Source of the DNA: Verrucomicrobia bacterium LW23
GTDB lineage: Bacteria; Verrucomicrobiota; Verrucomicrobiia; Methylacidiphilales; UBA1321
Direction of reading: 5' to 3'
Assembly: GCA_003054695.1 (NCBI GenBank)
Contig: QAZA01000045.1
Coordinates: 669,956 to 693,955, forward strand
Length of the DNA stretch: 24,000 nt
Made by a program: the position numbers and the translations under genes. The notes under the pieces are model-generated. The model was given only the letters and a program-made list of their open reading frames with translations, was not told where the DNA came from and did not search any database. Below are positions 8,282 through 16,338 of this stretch, in pieces; within the stretch, counting starts at the first letter, position 1; the number at the start of each line of letters is the position of its first letter.

Positions 8282-8851
8282 ATGCACCTCAGCCCTATGT
8301 CTCAGACCTCGGCACGCGACATTTTGGAAAGTATACTTGGGCACCTTGGTTTTCCCTTTCAGATTGAGGAAACAAAGCGCGGGGACTGCATTGTGCTGAA
8401 TATTATCAGCCGCGAGGCAGGCCGCCTTATCGGCCGCGACGGCCATACCATCGAGGACCTGCAATACCTCGTCAACCGCCTGCTGCACGGCGTGGAAGAC
8501 AGCCCGCAGCGCGTAATAGTGGATGTGGAAGGCTACCGCCAAAAGGGCGAGATCGACTTTATCGTCAACATCCGCGAGGTGGCCGACCGCGTGCGCGCCA
8601 CGGGCGAGCCGGAGTTGCTGCCCGCCATGAACAGCTACGATCGCCGCCTCGTCCACCAGGCCCTGGCGGAGGATGCAGAAATCACTACCCGCAGCGAGGA
8701 AGGCAACGCGCGGATGAAGCAAATTACCATTGAGCTTCGCCGCAGCCGCCAGCTGGGCGATGCCCAAGCCGCCACCCCCGCCGCAGCCGGCACCACCAGT
8801 ACTGCCGGCGGCGGCGAGGAGGAGGGTGCAACCACCTTGTCTACGGAGTAA
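8282..8851 (+). CDS. KH + R3H domain RNA-binding protein (Jag/KhpB-like, lacking an obvious Jag_N domain)
   Basis: The KH-type segment is IVLNIISREAGRLIGRDGHTIEDLQYLVNRLL. The R3H segment is MNSYDRRLVHQALAEDAEITTRSEEGNARMKQITI. The C-terminal tail is low-complexity. An alternative ATG lies at 8297. Confidence 0.85.
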   Translation: MHLSPMSQTSARDILESILGHLGFPFQIEETKRGDCIVLNIISREAGRLIGRDGHTIEDLQYLVNRLLHGVEDSPQRVIVDVEGYRQKGEIDFIVNIREVADRVRATGEPELLPAMNSYDRRLVHQALAEDAEITTRSEEGNARMKQITIELRRSRQLGDAQAATPAAAGTTSTAGGGEEEGATTLSTE

Positions 8852-9080
8852 ACGGCAGCCTCACGAGGCCGGCACGCCCACCGCTTGCACTACGGCGCAA
8901 CGCCCGGATTTGTAGCAAAAACGCAACGGAACGGAGGCGAAATATCGGCGCCGGCCCATTTTTCTTCAGCCCAACTGCATTTATTGTTTCCTTCCGCTTT
9001 GGTTTTTTGCTCTTTTGTCCCCTTTGGCACGCATGTGCCTCGCCCCTTTTTTCCGGACCGATTGACTGACTGATAGATTT

Positions 9081-10094
9081 ATGCCCAAAGCCCTCATTAC
9101 CGGTATCACCGGCCAGGACGGTTCGTACCTCGCGGAGCTGTTGCTTTCGAAAGGTTACGAAGTGCATGGCATCATCCGCCGCGCCAGCACATTCAACACC
9201 GAGCGTATCGACCACCTGTACAAGGATCCCCATGTCATTGGTGTTAAGCTGTTTCTGCACTATGGTGACCTGAGTGACAGCGCCTCGCTCAACCGCCTGC
9301 TGTACGATATCAAGCCCGACGAGATTTACCACCTCGGCGCCCAAAGCCACGTGCGCGTAAGTTTTGACGTGCCGGAGTACACGGGCGACGTGACAGGCCT
9401 CAGCACGGTGCGTATTCTGGAGGCCATCCGCGAGACAAACCTGAAGTGCCGCTTCTATCAGGCCAGCAGCTCGGAGATGTACGGCCTGGTGCAGGAGGTT
9501 CCGCAAAGCGAGACGACGCCGTTCTACCCGCGCAGCCCCTACGGCGCCGCCAAGGTGTACGCGTACTGGATTACCGTGAACTACCGCGAGAGCTATAAAC
9601 TGCACGCCAGCAACGGTATCCTGTTCAATCACGAGAGCCCGCGCCGCGGCGAGACGTTTGTCACGCGCAAAATCACCCGCGCCGTCGCCCGCATCAAGGC
9701 CGGCCTGCAAAAGGACCTGTACCTGGGCAACCTGGACGCCAAACGCGACTGGGGCTTTGCGCCGGAGTACGTGGAGGCGATGTACCTGATGCTGCAGCAG
9801 GATAAGCCGGACGACTACGTCATCGCCACCGGCGAGACCTATACGGTGCGCCAGTTTCTGGAGGAGTCATTCAGCTTCGTTAACCTGGACTGGAACGACT
9901 ACGTAAAGATTGACCCGCGCTATTACCGCCCGGCGGAAGTGGACCTGCTCATCGGCGACTCCACCAAAGCGCGCAAGAAGCTGAACTGGGAGCCGAAGAC
10001 GACCTTCAAGGAGCTCGTCCGCATTATGGTGCAGGCCGACATTGATCAGCTGGACCGCGTGATGGCCGGCAAGGAAATCCGCTCCGACTACTAA
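9081..10094 (+). CDS. gmd: GDP-mannose 4,6-dehydratase
   Basis: The product is collinear with E. coli Gmd: [105 protein letters not shown]. Confidence 0.97.
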   Translation: MPKALITGITGQDGSYLAELLLSKGYEVHGIIRRASTFNTERIDHLYKDPHVIGVKLFLHYGDLSDSASLNRLLYDIKPDEIYHLGAQSHVRVSFDVPEYTGDVTGLSTVRILEAIRETNLKCRFYQASSSEMYGLVQEVPQSETTPFYPRSPYGAAKVYAYWITVNYRESYKLHASNGILFNHESPRRGETFVTRKITRAVARIKAGLQKDLYLGNLDAKRDWGFAPEYVEAMYLMLQQDKPDDYVIATGETYTVRQFLEESFSFVNLDWNDYVKIDPRYYRPAEVDLLIGDSTKARKKLNWEPKTTFKELVRIMVQADIDQLDRVMAGKEIRSDY

Positions 10095-10218
10095 AGGCTG
10101 TCGACATTTAGGCGAGCTGCGGTTCCCCCCTTGGCGATCTTTCCGTCCTTGGCGTTAAATTCTGTTCGATTGTATGGCGAGGGGATTCTTAACGCCAAGG
10201 ACGGAAAGATCGCCCAAG
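10095..10218 (+). repeat. Palindromic element abutting a stop codon, copy 1: leader AGGCTGTCGACATTT plus a perfect 26-bp hairpin
   Basis: It starts on the base after the gmd TAA (10092-10094). The arms 10133-10158 (GGCGATCTTTCCGTCCTTGGCGTTAA) and 10189-10214 are perfectly complementary, with a 30-nt loop. The leader and architecture match the copy at 17930-18045 on the minus strand. Confidence 0.9.
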
Positions 10219-10565
10219 ACTCAAAAGGGAAAAGCCCGTATTTTTCGGCTGAGGAGCAACGCGGGCGCCAAGCCTTTTATCAGATGCGAAAAATGGGATG
10301 CTGTAGGGTATTGGCAGCGCGCCAGCGCGTGGCGTTGCATACCCGTTGCTGACGGCCCCTGCGGGGGGCCGTCGCTGGGTAGCGCGAGGCGTGTGCGGTG
10401 CTTGTTTGGTGAGGAAGGCGGCGGAATCCCCGGGGGCAGGGGGTTGCGGCGGTTCGACTGGCAGGCGTTTAGCGATGGACTGCCTTGCGATGCTGCGGAG
10501 TGGCCGCATCGCCAGTTGCCATCGGGCGGATTCCCGTCTATTCTTCGGATTCCTTTTTCCATCCT

Positions 10566-11522
10566 ATGAGTTCCAGTTCTCCTCTTTCCAAAGACGCGCG
10601 GATTTTTGTCGCGGGGCATCGCGGCATGGTAGGCAGCGCCTGTGCGCGGCTGCTGCGGGCGCGCGGGTACCACAACCTGCTGCTGCGCACCCGACACGAG
10701 CTGGATCTGCGCGACACGGCAGCCGTGCGCCACTTTTACGAGGAGTACAAGCCGGAGTATGTCATTGTGGCGGCCGCCAAAGTCGGCGGCATTATCGCCA
10801 ACCGCGATCACCCCGTGGAGTTTCTGCTGCATAACATGCAGATACAGAACAACCTGATCTCCTCCGCGTTTGAGGCCGGCGTAAAGAAGCTGCTCTTTCT
10901 CGGCAGCTCGTGCATCTACCCCAAATTTGCACCGCAACCCATTCCGGAGAGCGCGCTGCTGACGGGAGCGCTGGAGCCGACCAACGAGGCCTATGCGATC
11001 GCCAAGATTGCCGGCATCAAACTGTGCCAGGCCTACGCCGCGCAGTACGGCGCCCCATTTATCAGCGCCATGCCCACCAATCTTTACGGGCCGGAGGATA
11101 ACTTTGACCTCACCAGCAGCCACGTGCTGCCGGCGCTCATCCGCCGCTTTCACGAGGCGAAGGAGCGCGGCGACGACTCCGTAACGCTCTGGGGCACGGG
11201 CTCCCCGCGCCGCGAATTTTTGCACGTGGACGACCTGGCCGAGGCGTGCCTGTTCCTGCTGGAGACGTACACCTCGCCCGAGATTGTGAACGTAGGGTGC
11301 GGCGAGGACGTGACGATTGCGGAGCTGGCCGGTATCGTCAAGGAGACGGCCGGCTTTGCCGGCGAGATCCGCTGGGACACCACCAAGCCCGACGGCACGC
11401 CACGCAAGCTGATGGACATCAGCAAGATACGCGCCCTGGGCTGGAGCCCCCGCATCGGCCTTAAGGAAGGCGTGGCCAGCGCCGCCCGCTGGTGGCTGGA
11501 CCACCGCGAAACGCTGGAATAG
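10566..11522 (+). CDS. fcl: GDP-L-fucose synthase (GDP-4-keto-6-deoxy-D-mannose 3,5-epimerase/4-reductase)
   Basis: The 318-aa product from ATG 10566 is collinear with E. coli Fcl: [76 protein letters not shown]. The track start at 10485 adds 27 non-homologous residues. Confidence 0.96.
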   Translation: MSSSSPLSKDARIFVAGHRGMVGSACARLLRARGYHNLLLRTRHELDLRDTAAVRHFYEEYKPEYVIVAAAKVGGIIANRDHPVEFLLHNMQIQNNLISSAFEAGVKKLLFLGSSCIYPKFAPQPIPESALLTGALEPTNEAYAIAKIAGIKLCQAYAAQYGAPFISAMPTNLYGPEDNFDLTSSHVLPALIRRFHEAKERGDDSVTLWGTGSPRREFLHVDDLAEACLFLLETYTSPEIVNVGCGEDVTIAELAGIVKETAGFAGEIRWDTTKPDGTPRKLMDISKIRALGWSPRIGLKEGVASAARWWLDHRETLE

Positions 11523-11613
11523 CCGGCCAGGCGCCCCGCCGCCCCTCGCCTGCGGGGGAAAGCCGCGCGTCACGGGGCTTTACCGTAATGCTGTTGTTAT
11601 GGGATGTTAGGGG

Positions 11614-12165
11614 ATGGAAAGAGCGCAAGCGAGAGGAGAGGAGATCACCGTGCGTCACATTACACTGCTGGGCATGATGGGCGCCGGGAAATCGAGCGTA
11701 GGGCGCGAGCTCTCGCAGCTACTCCGCAGGCCCTTCTACGACAGCGACTTCGAGATCGAGCGCAGCACCCGCATGACGATCCCGGACATCTTTGCCAAAC
11801 GCGGCGAGCCCTGGTTTCGCGACCGCGAAGCGCAAATCATCGCGGATATCGTCGAGGAGACGCAGCCCGTGGTGCTCAGCATCGGCGGCGGCGCGTTCGT
11901 CCGCGACACCACACGCGCCCTCCTCCTGCGCGATACCATCACCGTCTACCTGCGCGCCACCCTGCCCTCCCTGCTGGCCCGCCTGCACGGCGGCCACGGC
12001 CGGCCCCTTCTCTCCAGCAGCGAGGACCTGACCACGCGCCTCACCACGCTGATGGAAACGCGCGGCCCCCTCTACAGCCAGGCCGCCCTGCTCATCGATA
12101 CCGACGACGCCCAGCCCCGCGAAGTAGCCCGCCGCGTGGCGGTCGCCGTCCAGGCCCTGAGGTAG
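11614..12165 (+). CDS. aroK: Shikimate kinase
   Basis: The Walker A motif is ITLLGMMGAGKSSVGRELS, followed by FYDSDFEIE, FRDREAQ and SIGGGAF, the typical AroK order. ATG 11614 gives a ~14-aa N-terminal extension. An in-frame GTG at 11650 is an alternative start. Confidence 0.9.
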   Translation: MERAQARGEEITVRHITLLGMMGAGKSSVGRELSQLLRRPFYDSDFEIERSTRMTIPDIFAKRGEPWFRDREAQIIADIVEETQPVVLSIGGGAFVRDTTRALLLRDTITVYLRATLPSLLARLHGGHGRPLLSSSEDLTTRLTTLMETRGPLYSQAALLIDTDDAQPREVARRVAVAVQALR

Positions 12166-12513
12166 CCACGACCTTACGGCGCGCAACAGCCCCAGCATGG
12201 AGATGTTGCGTACCTACAGAACGCTGCGGAATTTCATCGTCACCCAGAGCTCACGCCCGGACTTCACGCCCCGGGCTACAGGCTTTCGCGCCTGGGGCGT
12301 TTCAGAACGCGGTGCAAATTCCTGCTTTCGTCGCAAGCCATTCCGGCGTATGATAGAAGCGGGTTGTGCAGGCTGCATGGCCTGCTTGCATTTGACACAA
12401 CGTATCCTCCTCATTATTTCCAGAGCCCCCTTACCGCTCGGTAGAACGCCACTTTTTCCGTCCGCTCCCCCTCGGGGCGGACAATATAAACACTTTTTGG
12501 TGAAATAATTTGA

Positions 12514-13143
12514 ATGCACGAGTCCCTGCCAGCGTCAGAGCCTGTAGAAGACGTGACATCCGAGACCGAATGGCGGGAGCGCTTATGCTCCGGTGACGAA
12601 GCGGCCTGGGCGGCGCTGCATGAGGCGCACTATCCCCGGCTTTGGAGCAGCGTTAACCGGATATTAAACAATCCCAGCCATACGGACGACATCGTACAGG
12701 AGGCTTTTGTAAAGGCACATCGGGAGATCGGCCGATTTCAGGGACAATCCCGCTTAGGGACGTGGCTCTACCGAATCGCCGTGAACCAGACGCTGGACTT
12801 TCTGCGCAAGCAGCAGCGGCTGGACCGATGGCTCTCTTTCTTCAGCCCCTTGCGCGACAAGGACGATGACACGGGAAGCTCGAACGTTGTGCCCGAGGGC
12901 GCGGTGGAACCCACCGTTACCGCCGGCCTGCACAATGCGGAGTTGCGCGAGACCATCGCCGCAGCCATCGCCGAGCTCTCCCCGGAACATCGCGCCGTCG
13001 TTCAACTCCGGCTTATCGACGAGATGAGTCTGGAGGAAACCGCGACCTTGCTTCGGTGCAAACCGGGCACGGTCAACTCGCGACTGCACTATGCATGCGA
13101 GCATTTGCGGCGGAAGCTGCGCCACGCAGTAGCCTCAGCCTGA
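12514..13143 (+). CDS. ECF-subfamily RNA polymerase sigma-70 factor
   Basis: Region 2 is DDIVQEAFVKAHREIGRFQGQSRLGTWLYRIAVNQTLDFLRK. Region 4 is LSPEHRAVVQLRLIDEMSLEETATLLRCKPGTVNSRLHYACEHLRRKL. Confidence 0.93.
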   Translation: MHESLPASEPVEDVTSETEWRERLCSGDEAAWAALHEAHYPRLWSSVNRILNNPSHTDDIVQEAFVKAHREIGRFQGQSRLGTWLYRIAVNQTLDFLRKQQRLDRWLSFFSPLRDKDDDTGSSNVVPEGAVEPTVTAGLHNAELRETIAAAIAELSPEHRAVVQLRLIDEMSLEETATLLRCKPGTVNSRLHYACEHLRRKLRHAVASA

Positions 13144-13171
13144 GCCTAAGGAGGGCTCCTTAATTCGAACA

Positions 13172-13570
13172 ATGAACAACGAGAATCTCAAAGAAATACT
13201 GCTCGCCTGCGATGAAGACGCTCGCGCCCGCGCCCGGCTTCATCAGGCCAGGGAGTGGCGAGAGCTTCGCGGTCGCTTGTTCGGGCAGGAAGCCGACGCG
13301 GAAGAGAAGCACGCAGCCGCCGGCTGGTGGTCGCTCAACTGGCTGACGGCCGGTGCCGTAGCCCTGGCCGTGGCCGCCGCCAGCGCCGGCCTGGTCTTCC
13401 AAAGCCCCAACGGCGGGCCCGGTGTCGTGAGCAACGATCCCCAGCACAAGGACGTGCGCCCCGCTAACCCCGAAGGCAACACCCCCCGCGATCCGTCCGC
13501 CCTGCCTGTCGAAGATCAGCAGCAGCAGAACAACAACAACCGTCCCCAGCGTCTCCCGGGCATTCCGTAA
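13172..13570 (+). CDS. Candidate single-pass membrane anti-sigma factor (hypothetical protein)
   Basis: It starts 28 nt after the ECF sigma stop on the same strand. It has ~50 N-terminal charged residues, one TM segment (WWSLNWLTAGAVALAVAAASAGLVF), and a ~55-aa Pro/Gln/Asn-rich tail. It has no zf-HC2 motif, so the call rests on position and topology only. Confidence 0.6.
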   Translation: MNNENLKEILLACDEDARARARLHQAREWRELRGRLFGQEADAEEKHAAAGWWSLNWLTAGAVALAVAAASAGLVFQSPNGGPGVVSNDPQHKDVRPANPEGNTPRDPSALPVEDQQQQNNNNRPQRLPGIP

Positions 13571-13834
13571 CCCGGGCGCGCCTCGCGCACCCGCGGCAGC
13601 CATCCTGTAGGGCCGGCGCCGCAGAATTGCAGCACAGTGAACGTAAAGCCTTTCCCCGCCCAAAGCGCAACATAACGCGCAGACGGAGAAAGGCTTGCGT
13701 TGTTTCAGGGTCTTTTCTGAAAAGCGGTCGCGCCAGTCGCCGCGCCCCCCTTTTGTGTCGTTGTGCCTTCCTCGTGAAGACTCCGCTCTGAGGCCAAGTC
13801 GCCGGGAGGAGGGGAACTCAGAGCAAAAGCCATT

Positions 13835-13942
13835 CAAGCTGGCGCGGGGTTGGCTCTCCGAGAACGGCGGAGCCGGACGTTCGCAACACAAGCTGGCGCG
13901 AGCGACGCTCTCCGAGAACGGCGGTAGCCGTTCCATAGCATA
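13835..13942 (+). repeat. Two tandem 54-bp units duplicating the 5' part of the family-2 element
   Basis: Unit 1 is 13835-13888 and unit 2 is 13889-13942. Both carry CAAGCTGGCGCG, then 7 variable nt, then CTCTCCGAGAACGGCGG(T)AGCCG. Only unit 2 continues into the full element. Confidence 0.8.
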
Positions 13943-14233
13943 GCCCGGGGTTGCCCGCAGCATTCTGATGCGAGGACTACCCCGGGTAGGCTGGAATCAG
14001 GAAACCCCACGCGAAGAGTTCTTCCGTCGGACCCTTCGCGCTCGTTCCTCGCGCGTGCCATGTTCGGAGCCGCAGCATCAGAGAGCGCCTCGCACATGCA
14101 TTAAACGAGCGCGAGTGGATCGCAATAAGACCAATTATCGGAATAAACCGGTACATTGGTGGGGTAGTCCTCGCATCAGAATGCTGCGGGCAACCCCGGG
14201 CTATGGTATGGAACGGCTCCGCCGTTTTCGGAG
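13910..14233. repeat. ~325-bp composite palindrome formed by two inverted family-2 elements
   Basis: The outer arms 13910-13986 and 14161-14233 are reverse complements with 3 differences by eye. A second tier is TCGCGCTCGTT (14036-14046) with AACGAGCGCGA (14104-14114). Both tiers share a centre near 14074. The right half additionally carries an AGACCAATT...ATTGGT mini-hairpin (14128-14160). Confidence 0.85.
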
Positions 14234-14418
14234 ACCTACGACACCGTTACGTAGCGGCGAGCGTTGAATGGAAGGGGGAAGCGCGGAGGGAGCGGTTTCA
14301 ACACGAGTGTGGAAATGACGCAATCCGAGGCGCCACGGGCGCGAAAGCCCGCCCTTTCCGCATTGACTTGCCGCCGCGGTATGGCACAAGGTTTCCCCCC
14401 GTTGGTGCTGATGCTGAG

Positions 14419-16278
14419 ATGGGGGCCTGCTGCGGCCACCGCCGGCAGCCGGGTGCCCGCCTTTTTTACCCTGTGGAAATCAATACAGTAGGCCGTCCGC
14501 GTAACGTGGGCTGGATCCGCGCCGCCGCCTTGTTGTATGGCGACTGGGGCACGAGCAAGGCGTATGTCCTGGGTCTGGGCCTGGCTACCATTGGCTTTCA
14601 TGCGTTGCCGCACTTTATGGCCGTGTGTTTCATCACGGCGCTGGTGGGCATCAACTACATCTGGGTCTGCAAGTTTTATCCCAACGGCGGCGGCGTCTAC
14701 TCGGCGGCGCGCGATCACGCGGACTGGCTGGCGGTGGTCGGCGCGCTGCTATTGATAGCGGATTACATCGTTACGGTATCGCTCAGTAGTCTGGAGGCGT
14801 TCCACTACCTTGGCCTGGATGACGCGGAGGCGCAGCGGTACACCATTCTCGCCATCTTTTTTGTTGGCTTTATCAACTACTTTGGCCCCAAGCACACGGG
14901 TGGCATTGCGGTCTGGCTGGCGCTGCCAACGGCGGCGGTGGTGCTGGTGCTGCTGGTGAGTGGCGTGCCGCATCTGGGCGAGTACAAGGGCGAGTGGCCG
15001 GTGGGCACGTGGACGGACAACTGGTTTCAGTTTGTCGCGCTTATTCTGGCGCTGAGCGGTGTGGAGGCGATTGCCAGCACCACAGGTGTTATGCAGCTGG
15101 ACAAAGGCAGCACCAACGAGAACCCCAGCGTTGTCAGCACCGCCAGCAAGGCCATCCTGGTCGTGATGGTCGAGGTCGTCATCGCCACCGGTTTCCTGTG
15201 CGTGCTGGCGCTTTGCCTTCCCGCAGATGGCGCCACCAAGCACAAGGAGGATCTGCTGCGCTACATGGCGGAAGTCTTTGTGGGTAAATCCTTTGGCTGG
15301 GTGGTGGGCGTAACGTTTGCGCTGCTGCTGCTCAGCGCCGCCAACACGGCCATCTGCGGCCTGGTCGCCGTCATGTACATGCTGGCGCGCGACAAGGAGC
15401 TGCCGGAGCCCTTTACGCATCTCAACCAGTTTGGCGTGCCCTGGGTGGCGCTGGGCATCTCCACCGTCATGCCCATCATCGTCCTCAACATCGCCCCCGG
15501 CGTGCAGGCGCTGGCGGATCTTTACGCGATAGGCGTGGTGGGCGCCATCACCATCAACCTCGGCTCGTGCAGCTACAACAACAAGCTGCCGATGAAGGGC
15601 TACGAGCGGTGGACGATGCGGCTTACCTTCTACTTTATGGCGCTGGTGTGGCTCAGCATCGCCTTCCACAAGCTGCACGCGCTGGGCTTTGTCGTTGTCA
15701 TTCTCGGCGTCGGCCTCGCCATCCGCTCCTACACGCGCAAAATGCTCATCTCGGCGGAGCCCTCCGAGGAGCAGAAAGAAGCTTTGCGCAAAATCGAGGC
15801 CGAGCGCCTGGAGCGCCTGGCCGACCTGCAGAAGGCCGCCGATCAGCAGGCCGCCGCCGCCCTGCCGGCCGAGGACCTCAGCGACACGCGCATCCTGGTG
15901 GCCGCCCGCGGCCGCACGCCCGCGCTGGCCTTTGCGATGGAAGAAGCCCGCATGCGCAAGGCGCGCCTGTTCGTCCTGTACATCCGCGAGGTGCGCGTGA
16001 ACATTGCCACCGACAGCGACTGGCGCGACGACCCGCAGGCCCGCGCCCTGTTCGAGTACGTGCTGACCGAAGCCAAAGGCGTGCGCGTGCGCCCCATGTA
16101 CAGCGTCAGCAACTCCCCGGCGGAGACGATTCTCGACATCATCGGCGTGGTGGAGGCCAACATGGTCATCCTGGGCGGCAGCCGCCGGGCCACCTTCGTC
16201 AACCTGGTAAAGGGCAATGTGATTACGGCCGTGGGCACCTATGTGGATCCTTCCGTGCGGCTGGTGATTATCGGGTAG
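14419..16278 (+). CDS. APC-superfamily permease fused to a C-terminal universal stress protein (USP) domain
   Basis: The polytopic N-terminal part has APC-like motifs (LLYGDWGTSKAYVLG, YPNGGGVYSAARDH) and many hydrophobic helices, followed by a charged coiled linker. The USP-like domain at 15889-16275 is RILVAARGRTPALAFAMEEARMRKARLFVLYIREV ... MVILGGSRR. Start ATG 14419 is chosen because the track start at 14203 lies inside a repeat. Confidence 0.85.
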   Translation: MGACCGHRRQPGARLFYPVEINTVGRPRNVGWIRAAALLYGDWGTSKAYVLGLGLATIGFHALPHFMAVCFITALVGINYIWVCKFYPNGGGVYSAARDHADWLAVVGALLLIADYIVTVSLSSLEAFHYLGLDDAEAQRYTILAIFFVGFINYFGPKHTGGIAVWLALPTAAVVLVLLVSGVPHLGEYKGEWPVGTWTDNWFQFVALILALSGVEAIASTTGVMQLDKGSTNENPSVVSTASKAILVVMVEVVIATGFLCVLALCLPADGATKHKEDLLRYMAEVFVGKSFGWVVGVTFALLLLSAANTAICGLVAVMYMLARDKELPEPFTHLNQFGVPWVALGISTVMPIIVLNIAPGVQALADLYAIGVVGAITINLGSCSYNNKLPMKGYERWTMRLTFYFMALVWLSIAFHKLHALGFVVVILGVGLAIRSYTRKMLISAEPSEEQKEALRKIEAERLERLADLQKAADQQAAAALPAEDLSDTRILVAARGRTPALAFAMEEARMRKARLFVLYIREVRVNIATDSDWRDDPQARALFEYVLTEAKGVRVRPMYSVSNSPAETILDIIGVVEANMVILGGSRRATFVNLVKGNVITAVGTYVDPSVRLVIIG

Positions 16279-16338
16279 CGGCACAAAACAGCTCACTTTC
16301 TGCGTGCGGTAAGGACGGATGCGTTTATCCTCTCCGCC

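Noticed and set aside
10095-10218. Integron attC site or gene-cassette boundary, because an imperfect palindrome starts right after a stop codon
   Set aside because: The outer ends lack the R''/R' core sites (RYYYAAC / GTTRRRY). There is no integrase or attI nearby. The flanking genes (gmd, fcl, MBOAT) are ordinary chromosomal genes on both strands rather than a co-oriented cassette array.
10440-10470. tRNA-like T-loop sequence GGTTCGACT
   Set aside because: There is no complementary T-stem, acceptor stem or anticodon arm around it. I could not fold any cloverleaf in the window.
12267-12299. Hairpin CGCCCCGGG...CCTGGGGCG followed by TTTCAG as an aroK terminator
   Set aside because: The stem is imperfect, it lies ~100 nt after the stop codon, and it has only a 3-nt T-run. 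This is not enough for an intrinsic-terminator call.
12392-12509. Promoter guesses for the ECF sigma gene (TTGACA at 12392-12397; TATAAA at 12485-12490; TGaAATAAT at 12501-12509)
   Set aside because: The TTGACA box has no good -10 at 16-18 nt. The AATAAT box ends only 4 nt before the ATG, too close for a normal TSS. No GGAAC...CGT-type ECF motif with proper spacing was found. None is convincing without TSS data.
13160-13963. 267-aa minus-strand ORF with the repeated peptide PPFSES..RASL
   Set aside because: The peptide repeat is the translation of the 54-bp tandem DNA repeat. The rest of the ORF is antisense to the anti-sigma candidate.
14203-14418. 72-codon N-terminal extension of the permease ORF (track start 14203)
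   Set aside because: Its first ~10 codons are the right arm of the family-2 inverted repeat, and the rest has no transporter-like features. ATG 14419 precedes the first hydrophobic segments.
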